From Opitutales bacterium (lineage in GTDB: Bacteria; Verrucomicrobiota; Verrucomicrobiia; Opitutales; PNEW01): a DNA stretch of 32,000 nucleotides. Location of the stretch: NCBI GenBank assembly GCA_965219535.1, contig CBDCNV010000002.1, positions 750,001-782,000 of the forward strand, read 5' to 3'. The notes under the pieces are model-generated. The model was not told the DNA's origin and made no database searches. It saw only the letters and a list, made by a program, of their open reading frames with translations. Within the stretch, counting starts at the first letter, position 1. Each line of letters starts with the position of its first letter. The translations under genes were made by a program, and so were the position numbers. This document shows positions 23,193 to 31,215 of the stretch, piece after piece.

Positions 23193-25775
23193 ATGAAACG
23201 TCTATTTATCCTTTCGTTAACATTATTCGGTGTCTTATTAATTACGGGTTGCAGTGAGACTGAAGCTCCGCAATCGGAAGCGATCACCTGGGAAGAGCTT
23301 CCCGAACTTCCCAATACGGTTGGCTTGGGTGGCGCGTTTTCCGGGGTGAGCAATGGAGCATTGATCGTCGCCGGTGGGGCGAATTTTCCCGATGAACCCG
23401 AGTGGGAGGGTGGGACAAAAGTCTGGTATGATGATATTTATATTTTAACGCCTGAAAATAAAGAAAAGGAGTGGTTGACCGGATTTAAACTTAATCAACC
23501 GCTTGCTTACGGGGCCTCGGTCAGCAGTGGGGACAGCCTGATCCTGATCGGCGGCAGCGATGCCGAACGCTATCATGACGGGGTCACAAAACTCACCTGG
23601 AATCCTGAAGGCGAGATAATTGAGCAAAGCTCTCTTCCATCCTTACCGCAACCGCTATGCTTTGGTGATGCAGCTGTGATTGAAGATACGCTATACGTAG
23701 CAGGCGGCCAGGTCGGTGAGGATAGCGAGAGTCTGATAAATATATTCTGGTCTCTCGACCTGAGCATTAAAGATGCAGAATGGATTGTATTAGAACCCTG
23801 GGATGGACCGGCCCGAAGGAAGGCGCTTGTAACAGCTCAGAATGAGGGAGACAGGACATATTTATATATTATCGGAGGCGAAGATCTGATTAACGATGGG
23901 GACGGGAAAGTAAAATTCAATCCATTGATTGATGGTTACCGTTACTCACTAAGGTATAAGCAATGGGAACGTATTGCTGATGCACCGCATCCAATAACGT
24001 CGGCATCGGGGATATCCTATGGTCAATCGCACATTCTGGTATTTGGTGGAGCAACGGGTGAATATCTCGGTCAGATTCTGCGGGATGATCACCCTGGATT
24101 TTCCACCGACCTGCTCGTCTATCATACAATTACCGACACCTGGCTAATCAAAGATAAAATACCTTTAAGTGTGGTCACCTCAAATGCCGTGTCCTGGGGA
24201 GTAGGGATCGCGCTTGTAAGTGGTGAGATTCGACCCAGTAGAAGAACACCCAAGGTCCAACTAATGATGCATGACACCGGCGCGCGCGCGACCTTTGGCA
24301 TAATAAATTACCTTTTTCTCATTTCATACATGATAGGGTTGGTAATCATGGGCCTCTATTTTTCCAAACGGGAGAAGGGAACAGATGATTACTTTCTCGC
24401 CGGACGCCGCATACCCTGGTGGGCTTCAGGGCTAAGCGTCATGGGGACCGGACTTAGCGCGCTCACATACATTTCCCTGCCGGCACTAGTTTATGGCACA
24501 GACTGGTTTTCTTATCCCGGAGTTGTCGGACTCTTGCTCGTCCCGATAATTACGGTCTACTTTTATCTGCCCTTCTTCAGAAGGCTCAACATCGTCACCG
24601 CTTTTGAATACCTTGAAAGACGATTTAATCTCCCGGTTCGCTTATACGGCAGTGCACAGTTTATCATCTTTCAATTGGTACGGATCAGTATCGTATTGTA
24701 TTTGCCCGCCATCGTTCTCTCCACGATCACTGGAATAAACATTTACGTATGCATACTATCGATGGGACTGCTGAGTACTTTTTATACGGTGCTCGGTGGG
24801 ATAGAAGCGGTGGTCTGGACGGATGTTTTTCAAGTCATTATTTTCTTTGGTGGAATCATCGTGGCCCTGATTGTTATTCCCTTTCATATCGAAGGCGGTG
24901 TTATGGAGATGATTAAAACGGGAATGGCCGACGATAAATTCCGCATTTTTTACCTGGAATGGGATATTACGGCGACGACCTTTTGGGTAGTCGTTCTTGG
25001 TGGTGGATTTGGTACCTTAATCCAGTACACCTCTGATCAAGCGATGATCCAAAGGTATCTTACAACAAAGGATGAAAAGGCGGCGGCTAAAGGGTTATGG
25101 CTAAATGTAGCGATGACTATTCCTACCGGATTATTATTTTACTGTATGGGGACCGCGCTTTATACCTTTTACCATTCCCACCCTTCAAGCGTTAACCTGG
25201 GAATGCAGAATGATGCGATTTTCCCTTTATTCATATCACAGAAAATTCCCGTGGGTCTTGCGGGGCTTTTGATTGCCGCTATTTTTTCCGCCGCGATGTC
25301 GAGTCTGGACAGCGGGATGAACTCGATGGCCACGGCCTTTGTCACCGATTTCTACCGACGATTAAAACCGAACGCTTCGGAGCATAGCTGTTTAAGGCTC
25401 GCTCGCTTGGCCACTTTGATTATAGGTGTATTTGCCACTGCGGTTGCTTTACTCATGGTAACCTTTGACATCAAGTCCGCATCTCTCTTTTTCACTTCAA
25501 TCCTTGGCCTATTCAGCAGTGGGTTAGCGGGACTATTTGCGCTTGGTATTTTCACAAAACGGTCAAAAGGGATCGGGGCTTTTATAGGAGCGATCACGAG
25601 CGCAATTGTCCTGTATTGTATAAAATACTATACTGATATTAACTTTTATCTCTATGCTTTTCTTGGCTTCGTGGTCTGTTTCATCGTGGGTTACTTCGCG
25701 AGTCTTATTATCCCGGAGAAAGAGAAATCGATGGAGGGGCTCACGCTCTATACTTCACTTCCCAGGCAAGACTGA
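23193..25775 (+). CDS. fusion protein: lipoprotein signal + NanM-like Kelch beta-propeller + sodium:solute symporter, copy 2
   Basis: It is collinear with 16358-18949 over its full length. The start was chosen at ATG 23193, which gives MKRLFILSLTLFGVLLITGC with a lipobox; the ORF track uses an upstream GTG at 23157. The same SSS motifs are present (DDYFLAGRRIPWW, TAFEYLERRF, QRYLTTKDEK, AAIFSAAMSSLDS). Confidence 0.9.
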   Translation: MKRLFILSLTLFGVLLITGCSETEAPQSEAITWEELPELPNTVGLGGAFSGVSNGALIVAGGANFPDEPEWEGGTKVWYDDIYILTPENKEKEWLTGFKLNQPLAYGASVSSGDSLILIGGSDAERYHDGVTKLTWNPEGEIIEQSSLPSLPQPLCFGDAAVIEDTLYVAGGQVGEDSESLINIFWSLDLSIKDAEWIVLEPWDGPARRKALVTAQNEGDRTYLYIIGGEDLINDGDGKVKFNPLIDGYRYSLRYKQWERIADAPHPITSASGISYGQSHILVFGGATGEYLGQILRDDHPGFSTDLLVYHTITDTWLIKDKIPLSVVTSNAVSWGVGIALVSGEIRPSRRTPKVQLMMHDTGARATFGIINYLFLISYMIGLVIMGLYFSKREKGTDDYFLAGRRIPWWASGLSVMGTGLSALTYISLPALVYGTDWFSYPGVVGLLLVPIITVYFYLPFFRRLNIVTAFEYLERRFNLPVRLYGSAQFIIFQLVRISIVLYLPAIVLSTITGINIYVCILSMGLLSTFYTVLGGIEAVVWTDVFQVIIFFGGIIVALIVIPFHIEGGVMEMIKTGMADDKFRIFYLEWDITATTFWVVVLGGGFGTLIQYTSDQAMIQRYLTTKDEKAAAKGLWLNVAMTIPTGLLFYCMGTALYTFYHSHPSSVNLGMQNDAIFPLFISQKIPVGLAGLLIAAIFSAAMSSLDSGMNSMATAFVTDFYRRLKPNASEHSCLRLARLATLIIGVFATAVALLMVTFDIKSASLFFTSILGLFSSGLAGLFALGIFTKRSKGIGAFIGAITSAIVLYCIKYYTDINFYLYAFLGFVVCFIVGYFASLIIPEKEKSMEGLTLYTSLPRQD

Positions 25776-25834
25776 AGAATTTCGGATTGCGGATTGCCCC
25801 CTTTCCCCATTTATGGATAAATTCCTTTTGTCTC

Positions 25835-25877
25835 TTGTCATTGCGAGGGAGGCTATCAGCCAACCTCGCAATGACAA
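25835..25877. repeat. family B repeat, minimal hairpin form (perfect 14-bp stem)
   Basis: The hairpin is TTGTCATTGCGAGG - 15 nt - CCTCGCAATGACAA. It directly abuts the family A element at 25881. Confidence 0.8.
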
Positions 25878-25880
25878 AAA

Positions 25881-25984
25881 GGTGGACCGCGCTGCCTGTC
25901 CGTCATAGCTTTGGCGACGACTGATCCCTAGCGCGTTTGAGAATGTCGTAAGAAAAGAAGCGTGCTGGGACAGCCCGCTCCACC
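25881..25984. repeat. family A repeat, long left arm + short right arm
   Basis: The sequence is ggtggaccgcgctgcctgtccgtcatagctttggcgacgactgatccctagcgcgtt ... gaagcgtgctgggacagcccgctccacc. It lies between two convergent genes. Confidence 0.85.
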
Positions 25985-26031
25985 TTAACACTTAAAACCT
26001 AAAACTTAACACCTAACACTTCTCAAAGAGA

Positions 26032-28239
26032 TCACTCGATAGTGATCTCTTCGAGAACAACCTCAATCGCGTCGCCATCTTCGTTAGCGAAGGTAGCGTC
26101 AATGCTCAGGGTCGGCTGAGGGGTGTTGTCGGACTTGAAGTTGTTTTGCGTGATCAGGGTGTCAAACCCGGTCGTTGTCGATCCGCTCTCCGCGACGACG
26201 ACTGCGGCGCCGTTAGTCTGCAAGAGGTCACCACCAGTGATCCGCAACCCGGGGTTACCGGCGGCAACAGTGAAGGAACCTTCACCGAAGAGAATGTGAG
26301 GTACTGCATCGCCACTGGCATCGATATCGCCAATCGTTAAGCGTACCCCGATCGGTACCCCCCGCGCGTCGATACCGGTTTTGCCGGTACTTCCACTGAA
26401 CGCGGTGTTCGACAGTTGTATGCCGCCCATGCCCGTGGAATTTACAATTTCAACTAACGTAACGTCTGCCTGTGCATCATAGACTTGACCTTCGGGGAAG
26501 AGGGCCTGGTTAAACGCGTTGATCCTACCCACGGTGAAGATGCTGAAGAAGGTATTGGCGTCCGCTCCATCGATCACGACGCTCGGTTTGCCCGTCACGT
26601 ACTCAACGGCCTGGTTGTAGCGTGGAGGGATGGCCGGGGGCAGGAAGGTGGCCGGATCGAGGGTTACGGTAAAGGTCCCATTACCTGAAAATTCTACCTG
26701 CACGATGTCCTCATTTTCATCCATGAAGGAGACGCGGGTGATCTGTCCCGGTTTGGCCTGGAGTTGGACGGACTCTCCGGTGAGTAAAATCTGGTCGAAG
26801 ACATTACCGTTGGCATGCTGAATATTTTCCCCCGCGATATCGCCCGAGCCGTCGAGGACGAGGGGAATAGCCGGTGCCGCTACCGTGATCACGGCGGTAT
26901 CGCTGTCAGCACTGCCTCCAGCGTTGGTAATTTGTGCCCAGTAGTTCGTGCTGGTTGTGAGGGCACCGGTAGTTAAAGTGTTGCTTGTGGCGCCCGCGAC
27001 GGGAGCTGCGGTATCACCGCTGTTGCCGGTATACCACTGATAGGTGAGGTCGTCACCGCTGGCAGCAACAGTGAGGACTACCGCGGTGCCGGATGGGACA
27101 TCCTGGCTCGCGGGTTGGGTGGTGATTGCTGGACCTGTTGCCGGAGGTGGTCCGCCGCCGCCATCGAAACCTGGAGTCCCAATCGGGGAAAATCCGAAAT
27201 TGTCGATCGCTGTCGAGCTAAACAAAGGATTAATAAGAACATCATCGAGTAAAAGAATTTTGCCAATACCACCAGGAGCTCCTAGTTCGTTGGCATCAAA
27301 AGTGAAGTGTGGAAGTCCTGACCCCGCTAAGATATTCGACCCCAGGTTATTTTCTGAGAAGAGTAAATTATCTTCAGTATCATATACCTCAATAGTACCA
27401 TCGCCTCCACCGCTGCTTGTGCGCACGACAGTTGCGGCAAAAAATTGCACTCGGGCTGCGGGGGTTTCAAAAGTGATCGTTCCAGTATCACCATTCACAA
27501 CCCTCCAGTGACTACGCAATGAGCGAAATTGAAATTGTAAGTCATCTTCAGCTTCCTGGGATATATCCCCACCTGAAAAAGTGGCGGTAAAAGGCGAAGT
27601 CCCCACGGTAACATCCTCACTGGTTGGTTGGAATTCTGAAAAAAAGGTGAATACCGTGTTATTGGATGGGCCATCAATGAGGGTATAGCCCACATCATCG
27701 ATCGCTAATTTTCCGGTAACATTGAAAAATTTAATTTCAGTCATGCCGTCAAAGTAGTTGAGATCCTCTAAATCCTGGAAAAACCCACTGAAGGCGACTA
27801 AACTTTGCAGGGGTGGATTGGACTCAGGATTGATGCTGTTAGGCAGGCCCGTAAAACTGCCCTGCTGAGATAAGGTGAATATTTCTTGTCCATTAGTGGA
27901 TGTCCCGCGTTCTCGAACCTCGTACTTACCCCCGCCCGTGCTTTCAGCAGCGTAGAATTCGATTTCAGCAATGCCTTTTCTCGTGAAGATTTTTCCCTCC
28001 TGGCCGGGCCCCAGGGTTATGGCTTTCGTTCCCGAGTGTAAGAGACTCGGGTCCTCTAACGTTTCTACGGTAAACCCGATAAATTGAATTTGATTGGGCG
28101 GATCACCGAGTAAAAAGTCTACCGTTCCTTCGGCATCTTCAAAATCTAAAAAATTTTCCTGGTCCTGCGGAAGCGCTCGAAGAAGAAGAGGAAATAAAAG
28201 TGAGATTAGCGATACAGATACGAGATTTTTTATGCGCAT
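26032..28239 (-). CDS. secreted modular protein: signal peptide + N-terminal beta-sandwich-like modules + Ig-like domain + shared core domain (tandem copy 1)
   Basis: The ORF is 735 aa with an AGGGGGG Shine-Dalgarno sequence 5 nt upstream. The signal peptide is MRIKNLVSVSLISLLFPLLLRALP. An Ig-like segment is present (PAITTQPASQDVPSGTAVVLTVAASGDDLTYQWY...AVITV). The core spans aa ~470-704, followed by the acidic tail ...LEEITIE. Confidence 0.9.
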   Translation of the reverse strand: MRIKNLVSVSLISLLFPLLLRALPQDQENFLDFEDAEGTVDFLLGDPPNQIQFIGFTVETLEDPSLLHSGTKAITLGPGQEGKIFTRKGIAEIEFYAAESTGGGKYEVRERGTSTNGQEIFTLSQQGSFTGLPNSINPESNPPLQSLVAFSGFFQDLEDLNYFDGMTEIKFFNVTGKLAIDDVGYTLIDGPSNNTVFTFFSEFQPTSEDVTVGTSPFTATFSGGDISQEAEDDLQFQFRSLRSHWRVVNGDTGTITFETPAARVQFFAATVVRTSSGGGDGTIEVYDTEDNLLFSENNLGSNILAGSGLPHFTFDANELGAPGGIGKILLLDDVLINPLFSSTAIDNFGFSPIGTPGFDGGGGPPPATGPAITTQPASQDVPSGTAVVLTVAASGDDLTYQWYTGNSGDTAAPVAGATSNTLTTGALTTSTNYWAQITNAGGSADSDTAVITVAAPAIPLVLDGSGDIAGENIQHANGNVFDQILLTGESVQLQAKPGQITRVSFMDENEDIVQVEFSGNGTFTVTLDPATFLPPAIPPRYNQAVEYVTGKPSVVIDGADANTFFSIFTVGRINAFNQALFPEGQVYDAQADVTLVEIVNSTGMGGIQLSNTAFSGSTGKTGIDARGVPIGVRLTIGDIDASGDAVPHILFGEGSFTVAAGNPGLRITGGDLLQTNGAAVVVAESGSTTTGFDTLITQNNFKSDNTPQPTLSIDATFANEDGDAIEVVLEEITIE

Positions 28240-28384
28240 TTTGACCCCCCTAATTTGAAATAAACCCAGAATTATTGTTAATATGTACGACTGCTGTTTT
28301 TAGACAAAGTAACGGTAAAAATACAGGTTTCAACAGATAATTAAGATTTCAGTGCTTTTATTGGAAATACTCATTTGGACCACA

Positions 28385-28484
28385 GTGACGGCGGTTCCCT
28401 AACGTTGGACAGTGTCATAAGAAAAGAAGCGTGCTGGGGACCAACCTTCGCCAAGGCTATGGCTGGCAGGCAGCCCGCTCCACC
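28385..28484. repeat. family A repeat, degenerate left arm + long right arm
   Basis: The sequence is ...gacggcggttccctaacgtt ... gaagcgtgctggggaccaaccttcgccaaggctatggctggcaggcagcccgctccacc. It is positionally equivalent to the copy at 25881 within the tandem duplication. Confidence 0.8.
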
Positions 28485-28517
28485 TTAAAACTTAAAACCT
28501 AACACTTCTCAAAGAGA

Positions 28518-30728
28518 TCACTCGATAGTGATCTCTTCGGTCGTAACCTCGATCGCATCGCCGTCTTCATTGGCGAAGGTGGCATCGATACTTAATGTCG
28601 GCTGAGGGGTGTTGTCGGACTTGAAATTGTTCTGTGTGATCAGGGTCTCAAACCCGGTCGTTGTCGATCCGCTCTCCGCAACCACGACTGCGGCACCGTT
28701 CGTCTGCAGGAGGTCGCCTCCGGTGATCCGCAGGCCGGGGTTACCGGCGGCAACAGTGAAGGAACCTTCACCGAAGAGAATGTGAGGTACTGCATCGCCA
28801 TCAGCATCGATATCACCGATCGTTAAGCGTACCGCGATCGGTACTCCGCGCGCATCGAAGCCGACATTGCCCGTGCTTCCACTGAACACGGCATTCGATA
28901 ACTGTACCCCTCCCAGTCCCGTGGAGTTGACTACTTCCACGAGGGCCACATCAGCCTGGGCGTCATAGACCTGTCCTTCGGGGAAGAGGGCCTGGTTAAA
29001 GGCGTTGATCGTGCCTACGGTGAAGATGCTGAAGAAGGTATTAGCGTCCGCTCCATCGATCACGACGCTCGGTTTGCCCGTCACGTACTCAACGGCCTGG
29101 TTGTAGCGTGGAGGGATGGCCGGGGGCAGGAAGGTGGCCGGATCGAGGGTTACGGTAAAGGTCCCATTACCTGAAAATTCAACCTGCACGATGTCCTCGG
29201 TTTCATCCATAAAGGAGACGCGAGTAATCTGTCCCGGTTTGGCCTGGAGTTGGACGGACTCTCCGGTGAGTAAAATCTGGTCGAAGACATTACCGTTGGC
29301 ATGCTGAATGTTTTCGCCCGCGATATCGCCCGAGCCGTCGAGGACGAGGGGAACGGCAGGAGCCGCTACGGTGATGACCGCGGTGTCGCTATCGGCGGTC
29401 CCGCCGGCGTTAGTAATCTGTACCCAGAAACTAGTGCTCGCGGTGAGCGCTCCCGTGTCTAAGGTCCCGGCAGTCGCACCGGCGACGGGGGCAGCGGTGT
29501 CACCGCTGTTGCCGATAAACCACTGGTAGGTAAGATCATCACCACTGGCTGCAACGGACAAGCTCGCCGATGCACCGGATGCTACTTCCTGGCTTGCGGG
29601 TTGAGTAGTGATAGAGGGACCTGTTGCTGGAGGTGGTCCGCCGCCGCCTTCAAAACCTGGGGTTCCAATTGGGGAAAATCCGAAATCGTCGATACTCGTT
29701 GAGCTGAATGATGGATTCACATGTTCTTTATCGCTTAAAGTAATTTTGCCAATACCTCCCACAGCTCCCAATTCACTCGCAAGAAATGTATAATGTGGAA
29801 CCAGTGATCCCTGCCGTATATTGGTCGCCAGGTCTTCTTCCGTGGCGAGTAAATTATCTTCAGTATCAAATACCTGAATAGTACCGTCGGATTCGCCTAA
29901 TGCTTGACCGACGATTGTTGAGGCAAAAAATTGTACCCGTGCTGCCGGTGTTTCGAAGGTGATCGTTCCAGTATCGCCATTCTGAACTCTCCAGTGACCA
30001 GGAAATGAGCGGAATTGAAAACCGAGCAAATCTTCCGCTTCTATGGATAAATCTGCGCCAGAAAAGGTGGCGGTAAATGGCGATGTTCCAATGGTAAAAT
30101 CATCACCCGAAGGTTGGAGTGTAGCAAAGTAAGTAAAGACCGTGTTGTTCCTTGGTCCATCGATGAGGGTATAACCCACATCGTCGATGGCTAATTTACC
30201 CGTTACATTCAAGATATTAATTTGATGTATACCGTCAAAGTAGTTGAGATCCTCTAAATCCAGAAAACTGCCACTGAAGGCAACGATACTTTGCAGCGGA
30301 GGATTGGATTCAGGGTTGATGCTGTTTGGAAAGCCTGAAAAATTACCCTGCTGAGTTATAAGAAAATCTTCTCCAGAACCAGAAGCAGTTCCCTCAATTC
30401 TTCGAGCCTCGATCCTAGCGGTACCCGTGGTATCAGCCAAGTAGAATTCGATTTCAGCAATCCCTTTTCTCGTGAAGATCCTTCCCTCCTGGCCAGGCGC
30501 CAGGGTTATAGCTTTCGTACCCGAGTGCAAGAGACTCGGGTCCTCTAACGTTTCTACGGTAAACCCAATAAATTGAATATCATTAGGCGGATCACCGAGT
30601 AAAATGTCTACCGAACCTTCGGCATCTTCAAAATCTAAAAAAACTTCCTGGTCCTGTGGAAGCGCTAGGAGAAGAAGTGGAAAAAAAAGTGAAAGTAGCG
30701 ATACGGATACGAGATTTTTTATGCGCAT
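28518..30728 (-). CDS. secreted modular protein, tandem copy 2 (same architecture as 26032-28239)
   Basis: The ORF is 736 aa and collinear with copy 1. The core domain differs at 14 of 235 residues by my count, and the tail is ...TEEITIE. Confidence 0.9.
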   Translation of the reverse strand: MRIKNLVSVSLLSLFFPLLLLALPQDQEVFLDFEDAEGSVDILLGDPPNDIQFIGFTVETLEDPSLLHSGTKAITLAPGQEGRIFTRKGIAEIEFYLADTTGTARIEARRIEGTASGSGEDFLITQQGNFSGFPNSINPESNPPLQSIVAFSGSFLDLEDLNYFDGIHQINILNVTGKLAIDDVGYTLIDGPRNNTVFTYFATLQPSGDDFTIGTSPFTATFSGADLSIEAEDLLGFQFRSFPGHWRVQNGDTGTITFETPAARVQFFASTIVGQALGESDGTIQVFDTEDNLLATEEDLATNIRQGSLVPHYTFLASELGAVGGIGKITLSDKEHVNPSFSSTSIDDFGFSPIGTPGFEGGGGPPPATGPSITTQPASQEVASGASASLSVAASGDDLTYQWFIGNSGDTAAPVAGATAGTLDTGALTASTSFWVQITNAGGTADSDTAVITVAAPAVPLVLDGSGDIAGENIQHANGNVFDQILLTGESVQLQAKPGQITRVSFMDETEDIVQVEFSGNGTFTVTLDPATFLPPAIPPRYNQAVEYVTGKPSVVIDGADANTFFSIFTVGTINAFNQALFPEGQVYDAQADVALVEVVNSTGLGGVQLSNAVFSGSTGNVGFDARGVPIAVRLTIGDIDADGDAVPHILFGEGSFTVAAGNPGLRITGGDLLQTNGAAVVVAESGSTTTGFETLITQNNFKSDNTPQPTLSIDATFANEDGDAIEVTTEEITIE

Positions 30729-31020
30729 TTTGACCCATTAATTTGAATTAAACCCTGAATTTCTGTTAATGCATACGACTGCTGTTTTTAGACAAGTAAC
30801 GGTAAAAAATGCAGGTTTCAACAGATAATTAAGATTTCTGTTATTTTTTTGGAATCGGCCTTCGATTTAGCATACGGAGGTGAAGAGATGAATTATTCGA
30901 ACCGGTACGAGGGCCATATTCGCTTGTCGTCCATTGCCTGCGGTCACATCAGCATCGATATACGATTTACGAGTTACGATGTGCGATGTAAGAAGGATGG
31001 ACAACGACAGTCCGATCCAT

Positions 31021-31136
31021 CCTCTTGTCATCGCGAAGGAGGCGAAGCAGACTGCGGCGATCCAGGGGAATGTCTATTGCGCAACGTTAGTCCCCTGGAA
31101 TGGAAGATGTCGCTACGCTTCTCGCAATGACAAGAG
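31021..31136. repeat. family B repeat, full long palindromic copy
   Basis: The left arm is cctcttgtcatcgcgaaggaggcgaagcagactgcggcgatccagggga. The right arm is tcccctggaatggaagatgtcgctacgcttctcgcaatgacaagag. The arms are imperfect reverse complements. Confidence 0.8.
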
Positions 31137-31215
31137 AACAATTACAAGATTGAGGGTGATTTAATATAACCGTTAGGCACAATCCGCAATCCGCATTCCC
31201 AAATCCGCAATTGAA

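Noticed and set aside
25835-25877. A classical Rho-independent terminator call for the perfect 14-bp hairpin.
   Set aside because: No U-tract follows the stem on either strand. The hairpin also belongs to a dispersed repeat family, so a terminator role is possible but not supported by sequence alone.
27044-27511. Long antisense ORFs inside real genes. This one is an example; others are 673-1146, 4207-4680, 5053-5481, 15765-16139, 22593-23009, 26630-26821 and 29116-29307.
   Set aside because: They lie opposite genes with clear family signatures and have low-complexity Pro/Arg/Ser/Gly-rich translations. They are duplicated only because the sense gene is duplicated.
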